Virus record (IMG/VR): IMGVR_UViG_3300015063_000038
Coordinates: 1-44,788 of that record
Length of the DNA: 44,788 nt
Strand: one strand, 5' to 3'
Source of the DNA: a virus
Taxonomy: Duplodnaviria > Caudoviricetes
Part shown: positions 8,121 through 17,123 of the stretch, piece after piece
How positions within the stretch are numbered: position 1 is the first letter of the stretch
Layout: every line of letters starts with the position of its first letter
Notes under the pieces: generated by a model
The model's database searches: none
What the model saw: the letters and a program-made list of their open reading frames with translations, nothing else
Told to the model about the DNA's origin: nothing
Program-made: the position numbers and the translations under genes

Positions 8121-8394
8121 AAAAAGAGGCTGTGTTGCTGGAAAAGACAGCCTAGAGCGTTCTCTCTCAGGCTGGAGAAAGGAATTGAGATGAGGTAGCC
8201 TCTTTTGTATTTTTAGTATAGCGAGAAGAAAAGAGGCTGCTTGTAGATTTTCAAAGTAAAAACTGTTGTAGAAGGGCACAACCTCTTCGTTTTAGCATAG
8301 CACGAGAGAAAGAGGTTGCTATATAGTTGATTTGCTTTGATCGATAGGAGTAGCTTTACGTAGGAAAAGAGCAACCTCTCAGTCCAGTATGGCA
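8121..8394 (-). ncRNA. Tandem array of three putative small-RNA units (conserved closing stem, variable loop)
   Basis: Each unit on the minus strand has a -10-like box (TGCCATACT, TGCTATGCT, CGCTATACT), then AGAGG(C/T)T..., a variable interior, and ...A(G/A)CCTCT plus a U-rich tract. Confidence 0.6.
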
Positions 8395-8531
8395 GATAGC
8401 CCAACTTTCCCCAAATTGCTAGCACCTTGACTTTTCCCTTGATATTACAGTACGATAGAGAAACGATAATTACAGTTTTGATGTATTATGAAAAGTAGTT
8501 ACTATTACGGCAAGCAAGAAGGGATTTTGGG

Positions 8532-8843
8532 GTGAAAACGTATTATCGAGAGTACCGTGATGGCGACAGGAGAAAGCCAACCGGTGTAATGTGCGTCTTC
8601 AGTGATGGACCTTTACCGGTGGAGGCGGCAGGATTATCTCAAGAAGAGTTATGGCAAAACTTTAAATGCCTAACCGCCGAGCGAACTTCTACCAGTGGAG
8701 AGCCACTCCTCAACGAATGCTCACTGGTCTATCTCCTCTCGACAACCGCAGTATGCACTGAAGAAGAGGCTGCAACCATTGGGCCTGAGATGGTTGATCT
8801 TATCAAGAGGTCAGAGCAACACGCTAACAGCAAGAATGGCTAG
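8532..8843 (+). CDS. Hypothetical protein
   Basis: RBS AAGGGA, GTG start. Confidence 0.6.
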   Translation: MKTYYREYRDGDRRKPTGVMCVFSDGPLPVEAAGLSQEELWQNFKCLTAERTSTSGEPLLNECSLVYLLSTTAVCTEEEAATIGPEMVDLIKRSEQHANSKNG

Positions 8844-8869
8844 CAGTTTTGTCGTAGGGATTCCGCGCT

Positions 8870-9151
8870 CTACGACAATTTACGCGCGTTATTATAATAC
8901 AATGTCCCTGGCTTGATATCTCCTCCCCTGGGCCAGAATGGTCGTCTACACTGGCTCACACTATTTGGACTCTCCAACACCACGTTTTCGATGTCCTGAC
9001 GGCAATAGAGGTGCCTGTGCTTCGTTTGGTCTATTCGGATATGGTAGCGAGTGCTACGCGCCAGGACGCCAATGTCATGAGGTTTGACAGTCCAGCCAAA
9101 TTTTGCAGTTAAATAGTCGGCAGCTTCTTTTGCTGGGATCATATTTTCCAC
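8870..9151 (-). CDS. Excisionase-like HTH protein
   Basis: MIPAKEAADYL...HLYCRQDIE; RBS GGGAGGG; TATACT upstream. Confidence 0.6.
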   Translation of the reverse strand: MENMIPAKEAADYLTAKFGWTVKPHDIGVLARSTRYHIRIDQTKHRHLYCRQDIENVVLESPNSVSQCRRPFWPRGGDIKPGTLYYNNARKLS

Positions 9152-9221
9152 AATTTTATTTTCCCTCCCTTTTTCTCAGTATAGGCTTTTTTGTTGTTTT
9201 TAAAATGGAAAGGAAAAACCA

Positions 9222-9578
9222 ATGACGCTCGACGATCTGCTGATGCTAAAAGAGCAACAGGTACCACCAACTATCGTTTGCTTATGCGGCAGCACAAGGT
9301 TTGCCCAAGCGTTCCAAGATGCGAACTTATTCGAGACGCTAGCAGGCCGAATAGTGCTCTCGATAGGATGCAACACGAAAAGCGATGACGATCTGGTTCG
9401 CGCTGGTGTTGTGATCAACAAAGAGGCTCTCGACACGTTGCACCTTGCCAAGATTGATCTCGCCGATGAAGTGCTGGTATTGAACGTTGGAGGCTATGTA
9501 GGAGAGTCAACACGGCGCGAGGTGGAATACGCGCAACGGTTGGGGAAATGTATTCGCTGGTTGGAGGGGCAAAGATGA
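9222..9578 (+). CDS. Nucleoside 2-deoxyribosyltransferase-like (DUF4406-like) protein
   Basis: IVCLCGSTRF...LHLAKIDLADEVLVLNVGGYVGESTRREVEYA. Confidence 0.75.
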   Translation: MTLDDLLMLKEQQVPPTIVCLCGSTRFAQAFQDANLFETLAGRIVLSIGCNTKSDDDLVRAGVVINKEALDTLHLAKIDLADEVLVLNVGGYVGESTRREVEYAQRLGKCIRWLEGQR

Positions 9579-10060
9579 ACTACTGCGATCATACCAGCGT
9601 TGGAGCGCTCATCTACAACGGATACGGACAACTTCTTATGTTCGAGCGCAATACCCTGCCTTATGGCGTTGCAGGGCCAGCAGGACATTGCGATGGTGAT
9701 TCGTATATCGATGCGCTGAAGAAAGAGGTGTGGGAAGAAGTTGGCCTTGAAGTTGTAGAGTGGTCATCCAAACTTATAACCTCGTTCTGCATTAATCGCG
9801 CATGCCGTCGTCCCTACGAGGGAGAGGCTGGTCACGAGTGGCAGTTCTACCTGACGACAACCACTCATCTTGATCTCAGTCCGAGCGTACGTGAAACAAA
9901 AAATGTTGACTGGTACTCGCCACTTGAGATTAAGCAACTGATGCGACGTACAGAGGAATACCACCTGTACGGGACGATTAGCGATGAGGAATGGTACGAG
10001 AGGCCAGGACTGGACATCTCTTGGTATCGATTGTTCGCTTCAGTGCCAAAGTTATTGTAG
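9575..10060 (+). CDS. NUDIX hydrolase
   Basis: SVGALI..GQLLMFER, PAGH...ALKKEVWEEVGL Nudix box; ATGA overlap with the upstream gene. Confidence 0.85.
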   Translation: MNYCDHTSVGALIYNGYGQLLMFERNTLPYGVAGPAGHCDGDSYIDALKKEVWEEVGLEVVEWSSKLITSFCINRACRRPYEGEAGHEWQFYLTTTTHLDLSPSVRETKNVDWYSPLEIKQLMRRTEEYHLYGTISDEEWYERPGLDISWYRLFASVPKLL

Positions 10061-10126
10061 GGAAGTAGCAAGACGTACGGGATCTTCTCTACGTTTTTAG
10101 AATTGAATCGAAAGGAACCATGCCAG

Positions 10127-10372
10127 ATGAGCAAAATTCAAGTAGCAGATTGGGTGTGTTGCCAGGATGACCAAAAAACAGTAGGATGCGTCAAGCGTAT
10201 TGCCCGTGATGGATCGTGGGTTGATGTTGATTGGGGGCAATGGAGCAAACGTATGCACAAGCCGGAGATACTCAAGGTCGTGACCTCGCTCAACTTGGGC
10301 AATGGTGTTACGGTGACCGATATGACTCGACTGAGCGAGATGGAGGCTGAATATCAGCGAGAGGTGCAATAA
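10127..10372 (+). CDS. Hypothetical protein (SH3/KOW-like)
   Basis: IQVADWV...VGCVKRI..DGSWVDVDWG. Confidence 0.6.
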   Translation: MSKIQVADWVCCQDDQKTVGCVKRIARDGSWVDVDWGQWSKRMHKPEILKVVTSLNLGNGVTVTDMTRLSEMEAEYQREVQ

Positions 10373-10376
10373 CCAC

Positions 10377-10527
10377 AAAAAGAGGCTCCCTGTGATCGGA
10401 GCCTCTCAGTGATTGCCGTGTTTGACTGTTCTTTGATAGGTAGGTAATACTTGTTGTAATCCACACTCGATAGCGAGTGCAATGGTAGAACTGAGAATAT
10501 ATTACGGGATAATTGCGGTATTGTCAA
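10377..10527 (-). ncRNA. Putative sRNA of about 115 nt with its own promoter and terminator
   Basis: TTGACA(10527-10522)-17-TAATAT; internal hairpin CACTCG/CGAGTG; terminator GAGGCTCC/GGAGCCTC followed by T5; no ORF. Confidence 0.6.
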
Positions 10528-10573
10528 GCTTATATTGAAGCGTAAAATAAAATGAGGGAGAATTACCTCCCTC

Positions 10574-10867
10574 TCATGCTACTGCGCAAACAGCAGGAAC
10601 GTCGTCTAGTTCGCCACTCTCAGGAGCGCGATAATCCGTCAACTTGAATATACTGCTTGCTTCCTGTTCGCTACACTGCAAAGCTTTGCATATTTTAAAA
10701 AGGTAGATGCGCGATGGCATGGCATCACCATGAAACACCCGATAGATATACGCATAACCAGTATTTGACTCAAGAGATATTTCTCGCAGTGAAAGAGCAC
10801 GCCCGTTCCTCTTTACTTTTTGGGATCGGATCTCTTCCAATTTATTGCTGAATGCTGAATATTTCAT
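10574..10867 (-). CDS. XRE-family HTH regulator (repressor-like)
   Basis: LSLREISLESNTGYAYIYRVFHGDAMPSRIYLFKICKAL; divergent from the replication operon; real start is ATG at 10867. Confidence 0.8.
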   Translation of the reverse strand: MKYSAFSNKLEEIRSQKVKRNGRALSLREISLESNTGYAYIYRVFHGDAMPSRIYLFKICKALQCSEQEASSIFKLTDYRAPESGELDDVPAVCAVA

Positions 10868-11310
10868 TTTCTTGTACTCCTTTACTTTGTGCTTTACAAG
10901 TATTGACGGGTGTGTTACAATTATACCTATCAAGGATAAATGCTTATCTGTACATTTACGAGGTATATGCCTACTAGGGATAAGTATAGTGCAACTTGTA
11001 ATCTGTGTCAACTTTGTACCGATTGTGTACCAGTTACGTTTTAGTTTAGTTGGGAGTGTGGAGCATGAAAACGGAAAAACCGTTATGCGTGACCAGCCAA
11101 AGTTTCGCATAACGGCTCAAATTATTATCGTCACCTGTAGCGTACGTTTTAAACGAAACCACACGTAACTACCAACATTGTAACCTATGTCCCCTTGAAG
11201 GTCAAGGGGTACTGGCTTCGATGGCGATGGGATGCGTGCCACGAGAAAGTAAAAATGATGAGTCCGAAGGCCGTGAAAGTCTATAGGAAAAGTGAAATGG
11301 AGCGTGTGGC

Positions 11311-12522
11311 ATGAGTGAAGAAGAGAAGAACGATAACAAAAAGTATTCAAGTGATTTCACTCGCACGCCAAATATCTTGTTTGCTTCCTATAAGCATCTC
11401 ACCAAAGAGGAGAAATTTCTCTACATCACTCTCAGGTGTGTTTACTGGGATGCCAAACCCCGATACGTCTCACTACGTGATCTGGCAGCACTTACTGAAT
11501 ATTCCACTGGAGCATTAAGTAAGATGCTCCCCAGGTTGACACTGGTAGGATTGATCCATGCTGAAGTACGTAAAGAGATTGATCCAAAGACGAAACAGGA
11601 AAAGGGCAATTCCAAATATCATATTACGATCAGCGATATTTGGGAGGTGAACAAACACTTCTATTCTTGTTCACCAAATGAACGGGTTGATCCTAGTGAA
11701 ATTCTTGTTCACCAAATGATACAAGCTTGTTCACCAAATGATACAAGCCTGTTCACCAAAAACGACAAGCCTGTTCACCAAATGAACAAGATCGTGCTTG
11801 ACTCTGAGCTTGCTAAGATAAAGAAAGATACTTCTAAAGATAACTTTAAAGAAGTGGGAGTGGATACGAAAAATGTTGACGCTTCCGCGCCAAACATTCA
11901 ACCCTCACTTTTCTCTTCAGAAAAATCAACCACACAAGAAATTCCTATAGCCACAACCACCGCAAAACCGATTGACCTCCAAGAAAAGAAAACAGCCAAA
12001 GAGAAACGGGTTACGCCTGAGAAGCCAGCACCTATTGAGCTAACCCCTGAAATTATTGCAGTGCTGGATGCCTGGGATAGCATCTTCACCAGACCTACCC
12101 CTCGTACGCCAAAGATGATAGAGGCGGCTAAGGAACTAGCGTCATGTAAAGCTACACGTGATGATTTGGTTGCAGTGCGCAATTATTGTTATAAGTCCAA
12201 CCCTGATTGGTACAGGGGGAAAAATATCGGCGTAACTCTTTGCTCAATTGTGAGTAATTGGTCTGCATGGTTATCCTCCCAGGATAGCAATTTACAAGGG
12301 ACGGTAAAAAGCAACGTACCAACTCCTATGGTCAGGCCCAACCTTGAACGTTTTGAGGCTTCAGTGGCCGCAGGTAATCCAGTGTTCATTGAATTGTCAG
12401 TGGAGGATAAAAACCGCCTGAAACCTGAAAGCCGAAAAATCTACTTCAAGTTTTTGAAGGACGAGCAAATTGCCAGAAATGCCGCCATATACGCGGCCAA
12501 ACGTCAAGTAGCAACGGTGTAA
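11311..12522 (+). CDS. Phage replication initiator (lambda O-like organisation)
   Basis: N-terminal winged HTH (FTRTPN...SLRDLAALTEYSTGALSK), internal iterons, lies upstream of a DnaC-like gene. Confidence 0.85.
   Translation: MSEEEKNDNKKYSSDFTRTPNILFASYKHLTKEEKFLYITLRCVYWDAKPRYVSLRDLAALTEYSTGALSKMLPRLTLVGLIHAEVRKEIDPKTKQEKGNSKYHITISDIWEVNKHFYSCSPNERVDPSEILVHQMIQACSPNDTSLFTKNDKPVHQMNKIVLDSELAKIKKDTSKDNFKEVGVDTKNVDASAPNIQPSLFSSEKSTTQEIPIATTTAKPIDLQEKKTAKEKRVTPEKPAPIELTPEIIAVLDAWDSIFTRPTPRTPKMIEAAKELASCKATRDDLVAVRNYCYKSNPDWYRGKNIGVTLCSIVSNWSAWLSSQDSNLQGTVKSNVPTPMVRPNLERFEASVAAGNPVFIELSVEDKNRLKPESRKIYFKFLKDEQIARNAAIYAAKRQVATV
11668..11782 (+). repeat. Replication origin iterons
   Basis: TGTTCACCAAA x5 at 11668, 11706, 11728, 11750 and 11772 (last four at a 22-bp period); inverted GGTGAACA at 11646. 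Confidence 0.9.
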
Positions 12523-12547
12523 GCTAAAAAGAAAAGGGAGTTTCGCT

Positions 12548-13390
12548 ATGCAACGCACAAATAATATTACTCAGTTTTCCCTGATTGGGAATAATAGCCA
12601 GCGTACGAACCAATTGACCAGGGCATTTGAGCCATTGCCTGAACCTGATGGTGATGGTCCAGAAGAGTTACAGTGGAGTTGCCCCAAGTGTGGCCCTATT
12701 CTTCCCCTGATGATCCCTACAGGCCGGTGGATACGTCGTAGTTGTGCATGTGAGCGTCTGGTGAAGCATCAGGCACGTGAGGCCGAAGAACTAAAGCAAT
12801 GGGAGATAGTTGCCGCCGCCCGAACTTTCGAGGGTTGGTTGGGAGCTGGCTGGAAAGATAAAAAGATTGTTGATACGCTTAGCCGTAAAACTTTTGATAT
12901 CTTTAACCCCTCATTCTTCCCTGATGCCTACGAAGCGGCATTGCAGTTTGCCCACAATCCAAAAGGAAATATGGTTCTCTACGGATCATTTGGAACGGGA
13001 AAAACACACTTGGGGGTTGCGGTGCTCAACTATGCACGAAGCCAACGTATCACCAGCAAGTTTGCCTCTGCCCCGCAATTAATGGACGCGGTAGAGCAGG
13101 CGGCAAAATCCTTTGACCAGTTCCAACATATCTCTCTCTTGCAGCAGCTCGTAGAGACGCCCATCCTGATGATTGATGATGTGGACAAAGTGAAGTCTAC
13201 GGAAACGCGCCAAAATTTCTGGTTCCTCATCTTCGATCAGAGAAGCAAGGCAAAACGAGCAACTATCATCTCGACGAATAAGTATGATCAACTTGAGAAT
13301 TACATTGGAGAGGCGGCGCTCTCTCGATTGCAGAACCGGCTTACACGTATTGAGATGATCGGTCTGGACTATCGCGAGGATGAAGAATAA
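12548..13390 (+). CDS. DnaC/IstB-like AAA+ helicase loader
   Basis: CPKC..CAC Zn motif, GSFGTGKT, LMIDDV, IISTN, SRL. Confidence 0.92.
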   Translation: MQRTNNITQFSLIGNNSQRTNQLTRAFEPLPEPDGDGPEELQWSCPKCGPILPLMIPTGRWIRRSCACERLVKHQAREAEELKQWEIVAAARTFEGWLGAGWKDKKIVDTLSRKTFDIFNPSFFPDAYEAALQFAHNPKGNMVLYGSFGTGKTHLGVAVLNYARSQRITSKFASAPQLMDAVEQAAKSFDQFQHISLLQQLVETPILMIDDVDKVKSTETRQNFWFLIFDQRSKAKRATIISTNKYDQLENYIGEAALSRLQNRLTRIEMIGLDYREDEE

Positions 13391-13716
13391 TGGTGCAACA
13401 ACGTGAGCCGATAGTTTTCAAACGCCCATCTCAGCAGAGTCGAGAAGAGAGACAAGCCAGATTAGGAACGTGTATGCGTTCTTGTGGTCCTGCAATGATG
13501 AAAGATGGGAGTGGTAATGTCTGGTGTGAGCACTGCATAAATCGCTATAGGCTCATCCAGTGGGGAATTGCAAATAAGTTTCCATCGATTAGTTTTCCAC
13601 CACGCGCCATTAGTTCTGGTGCTGAAGCGTATCGCATACAGTCGATTATGGCCCATGATACCTGGATAGATGCAGCGTTTCAGGCGATGACCTATCTTGA
13701 TACATTGAAACAATAA
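13390..13716 (+). CDS. Hypothetical protein (Cys motifs)
   Basis: Coupled ORF with CMRSC and WCEHC. Confidence 0.65.
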   Translation: MVQQREPIVFKRPSQQSREERQARLGTCMRSCGPAMMKDGSGNVWCEHCINRYRLIQWGIANKFPSISFPPRAISSGAEAYRIQSIMAHDTWIDAAFQAMTYLDTLKQ

Positions 13717-13735
13717 TATGCAAGGAGAGCACAAA

Positions 13736-14368
13736 ATGGACAATTTTAAAGCAATTGAGACACTTCATTCTGGATATCGTTTCAGGAGTCGTTTGGAGGC
13801 CAGGTGGGCAATTTTCTTTGAGACGTTGGGCATTGAGTATCGCTACGAACCTGAAGGATTTAATTTGGACGGTGTTGCTTACTTGCCTGACTTCTATCTT
13901 CCCTCGCTACAAACCTGGGTGGAAATCAAGCCAGATTCCCCAAGTCGAGAAGAACGGGAGAAAGTTATTCGTTTATGTTTGGCTACGAGTCAAACCGTCG
14001 TTCTTCTTTGTGGGGATGTTTGGCTTGATAACTCCGCCTTTGGGTTTCTCTCCTTTGACAATGAAACGATGACAGACATTGTTGAGCATTATGGAAAAGA
14101 TGTGCCTTTAGTGGATTGGATCACCTCTAGTGACTGTCTTATTACCCACGATACAGGACGAAAAACATGGGTTGATTTTGATCGTCGTTTTGCATGGTCT
14201 CAAGTCTCTTGGCTTGAATGCCTTCTTTGTGGGACGGTAAATGTCAATATGATGGCGATGGACTATTGCAGTTGTGAGGAGAAAAATGCCTCGGTTTCCT
14301 CTCCTCGTCTTGTAGTAGCCTACACTGCCGCACGTCAGGCACGCTTTGGAAGAGATGGACGGTCATGA
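13736..14368 (+). CDS. PD-(D/E)XK family nuclease
   Basis: FRSRLEARWA, YEPEGF, YLPDFYLP, WVEIK. Confidence 0.85.
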   Translation: MDNFKAIETLHSGYRFRSRLEARWAIFFETLGIEYRYEPEGFNLDGVAYLPDFYLPSLQTWVEIKPDSPSREEREKVIRLCLATSQTVVLLCGDVWLDNSAFGFLSFDNETMTDIVEHYGKDVPLVDWITSSDCLITHDTGRKTWVDFDRRFAWSQVSWLECLLCGTVNVNMMAMDYCSCEEKNASVSSPRLVVAYTAARQARFGRDGRS

Positions 14369-14805
14369 TCACCATTCACCACTTCCAACCACACTACTAT
14401 CAACCTTATACCCTGCCAGCGCTCCCACGTGATCATTGCGGTTTCGTGGGGAGCAAGGAGACCAGGAAGAAGGACCGCAAGGGGTTGTACTACGACGCGA
14501 TAGTGCCCGATCCATGCCAGTGTGCTCCTCATGCTCATGGCTGGTGTGCAGAGCATGAGTACGTCGTGAAATTGCTGGATATGGCTAGTTTTGTGGGTTG
14601 TCCAGCAATCGAGATGCCATCTCAGGGGACAACGGAAAAGTACCTGCTCATCGGGAACCACACACGAGAAGGGGAAGTGATTGAACGGGCTGGACTGGCG
14701 ATATGGGAAGAAGTCGCTAGCAGGTTGGGGAAAGTCAAGGCGAAAAAGGTGATGTTGATTTTGGGGGTGAAGGCACAAGTGTTGCAATTGCGTGGGTTGG
14801 ATTAG
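14365..14805 (+). CDS. Hypothetical protein
   Basis: ATGA overlap with the upstream gene. Confidence 0.6.
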   Translation: MITIHHFQPHYYQPYTLPALPRDHCGFVGSKETRKKDRKGLYYDAIVPDPCQCAPHAHGWCAEHEYVVKLLDMASFVGCPAIEMPSQGTTEKYLLIGNHTREGEVIERAGLAIWEEVASRLGKVKAKKVMLILGVKAQVLQLRGLD

Positions 14806-15036
14806 TTGCATGTGAACAGCGTATCGACATTGTTCATTATGCTGGCAGCACGCCGCTCGTACTCAATAAACTGAACTACGAGCGGTTCGTTATTTTACTC
14901 GCTCGAAAACGGCTCTCCTGCGCAATACTATGCGGTGTTGGAAGTGTTCGTTATACTGAGCGTAGCCTTTCCTGTCCCATCTCATCGTGAGCAAGAACGC
15001 CTGCTATTCCCCCAGGACGCAGGCGTTCTTTGTGCG

Positions 15037-15750
15037 CTAGACGGTTCTCTTTGCCCTGGCTCGGCTCACTTGTTCTTGCTGGTGGCTCATGGGCCAGCCA
15101 TGTTCTTTCCTGAGTTGTCTGAGTGCCTCATCATACGAATTTGGCGGAATAGCCAGAGCCTTCCTGATAGGTTGCATCGCTACATAATTGCGACGTTCCA
15201 TCTGACTGCTTGCCAGCGCTACAATCTGCTCTTTTTGCTGCTCACTCAGAGGCAGGCTTGCACGTTTTGTGTAGGGTTTATTTTTATACTCCTCAATCGA
15301 GTTCTTGTAACTTTCGAGATCTGACTTCAAGAAATGCAATACTCTCCCTCTTCGCTGGTCTGTTGTAAATTCGGTTAACGGTAGAAGATCAATACCGTTT
15401 GGATCATAGATATAGGCCCGGACCTTTCCAGACTCAGCAAGATTTTGTAGCCAGTGCTGAGAACATCCCAGGTACTTTGCAGCCTCTCGCTTCAAGAGGA
15501 TTTCAGCTTTTGAAGGTGGTGATAATTTTGAAGGTGGTGGAAGCGGGTTTGTGAGATGACCAAGCGATTTCTCATACACGAAAATTATAGAATGTCTTCC
15601 TTCACCTGTCTTTTTTGCGTATGGCTCAATTCCATTCTCGCCATAGACCCAGGCTTCAATCTCTTTTTTGATCACCCACTGCCGTACATTTTGGAAGGGT
15701 ACGTCAATGGCCTCTGCCACTGCAAGAAGAGTTAACCGTCTATTTGCCAT
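15037..15750 (-). CDS. Multi-HTH (excisionase-like repeats) DNA-binding protein
   Basis: LTLLAVAEAIDVPFQNVRQWV and LLKREAAKYLGCSQHWLQNLAESGKV; start at 15750 or 15768. Confidence 0.75.
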   Translation of the reverse strand: MANRRLTLLAVAEAIDVPFQNVRQWVIKKEIEAWVYGENGIEPYAKKTGEGRHSIIFVYEKSLGHLTNPLPPPSKLSPPSKAEILLKREAAKYLGCSQHWLQNLAESGKVRAYIYDPNGIDLLPLTEFTTDQRRGRVLHFLKSDLESYKNSIEEYKNKPYTKRASLPLSEQQKEQIVALASSQMERRNYVAMQPIRKALAIPPNSYDEALRQLRKEHGWPMSHQQEQVSRARAKRTV

Positions 15751-15880
15751 GATGTTTCTCTTTCTCATTTAAGAATGCTATAATGATACCCGAAATATCC
15801 CCAATACGCAAGAGGCAGTACTATGCTATTACGAGTTTTTCGAGATCGCACAAATTGGCCTGGAAACTGGTGTTATTTGC

Positions 15881-15913
15881 TTGACGTGGTAACTAAAGAA
15901 TGCTATAATAAGG
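15881..15913 (+). promoter_or_regulatory. Promoter cassette, copy 1
   Basis: TTGACG-17-TATAAT with extended TG; TAAAGAATGCTATAATAAGG identical to 39770-39789. Confidence 0.85.
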
Positions 15914-15951
15914 GAGTAGTAAGAAATGAATATTGAGCAAAGGAAAACGAA

Positions 15952-16149
15952 ATGATATCTCCAATTAATTACACAATCGTCATTCGTGAAAATACTGAGG
16001 CTGAAGAGATCGTATGCTCTACCTCGACGGTGGAGGCTGTCGAGTTCAATGATGAGACACAACTTGCGGCGTTCAATCTGATTTGTGGTCAGCTCGGTAT
16101 TGTCTATGGTGATTTCGATTATCGCTATGAATTGTATGCTGCGAAGTAA
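15952..16149 (+). CDS. Hypothetical protein
   Basis: RBS AAGGA, downstream of the promoter. Confidence 0.65.
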   Translation: MISPINYTIVIRENTEAEEIVCSTSTVEAVEFNDETQLAAFNLICGQLGIVYGDFDYRYELYAAK

Positions 16150-16203
16150 TGTGTAATATGTTCAGGCAACCTGTTGATAGGTTGCCTGACGAAAGGTAAA
16201 ATC

Positions 16204-17064
16204 ATGACCGAATCTCCATTCACAGAGAAACAAATTGCAATTCTTAATGCTCCTCTTGATCCTCGTTTTGTTAGTGAGCGAACTGGTGGCGGAAATGCCA
16301 AATTGAAGTATATTGAGGGACACGACGCTATTGATCAAGCTGATAGAATCTTCGGGTTTGGCAATTGGTCGTATCGCCCACTGTCCTGTAATCAGGTTGT
16401 TCTTCTGGACCCCCTAACAGGTGAAGCGGTTGGCGTCGTTTACAAAGCGCAGGTGGAGTTGACCGTTAACGGTTGCGCTCCCATCGTTGATGTTGGTTCT
16501 CAGCCGGTGGCAACCTGGAATGTTGAAGATTACGTGATGAAGCAGCGTCAAAATGCTGTGAAGTACGGCAAAGCGACGACGTTGGAGGGACCATTTACCT
16601 CACTTGAGAAATATAAAGCCCGTGATGCGATTGTGAGCGCTCATGAGATGGCCGAGAAGGGAAGCGTTACCGATGCGCTGAAGAGAGCGCTCAGAGTGTT
16701 TGGAGAGCAGTTCGGGAACGGTCTCTACGGTGATGGGCGTGTAGATGTTGATGATACTTTGCAGGTATCCCCACAACCTTCTAATCCTAATAATTCCAAT
16801 ACGTCTGCCCCTCGCCAGCAACCTGCACCGCGTCAACTTATCCCAACTATCAAGTTGTCTGATGTTGGCACGCAGGCATCAATACCCGCTTTAGTTGACG
16901 CTGCTAAGAAAGCCAAGACGCGTGCTTTCTCGATCAAAGTCGTTAACTCTGATGAAGAGTGGCTGGCACTTCTCGATCTGGTTGGAGTTGCTGAATTTAA
17001 GGGTGGTGGTGATATCGCGAAGGTCAACGGGAAAATTACCGAAATCGAGAGTAAAGCAGGTTAA
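16204..17064 (+). CDS. Rad52/Rad22-family (Sak-like) single-strand annealing protein
   Basis: LKYIEGHDAIDQADRIFGFGNWS, AEKGSVTDALKRALRVFGEQFGNGLY. Confidence 0.92.
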   Translation: MTESPFTEKQIAILNAPLDPRFVSERTGGGNAKLKYIEGHDAIDQADRIFGFGNWSYRPLSCNQVVLLDPLTGEAVGVVYKAQVELTVNGCAPIVDVGSQPVATWNVEDYVMKQRQNAVKYGKATTLEGPFTSLEKYKARDAIVSAHEMAEKGSVTDALKRALRVFGEQFGNGLYGDGRVDVDDTLQVSPQPSNPNNSNTSAPRQQPAPRQLIPTIKLSDVGTQASIPALVDAAKKAKTRAFSIKVVNSDEEWLALLDLVGVAEFKGGGDIAKVNGKITEIESKAG

Positions 17065-17123
17065 CCGTAGTAGTATAATCGGGGCTGGCGCAAGTTGGCC
17101 CCGTTGAAGAAAGGGAAAACATC

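Noticed and set aside
8240-8272. CTTGTAGAT and ACTGTTGTAGA resemble Cas12a repeat 3' ends (possible CRISPR or RNA anti-CRISPR)
   Set aside because: The TCTAC stem half is missing, there is no regular repeat-spacer pattern and no cas genes
10868-11168. Long N-terminal extension of the XRE ORF and plus-strand ORF 10845-11168
   Set aside because: AT-rich divergent promoter region; the RBS supports a start at 10867
11255-11300. TGATGAGTCCGAAGGCCGTGAAA looks hammerhead-like
   Set aside because: Lacks the C of CUGAUGA, stem II does not close onto GAAA, and no stems I/III were found
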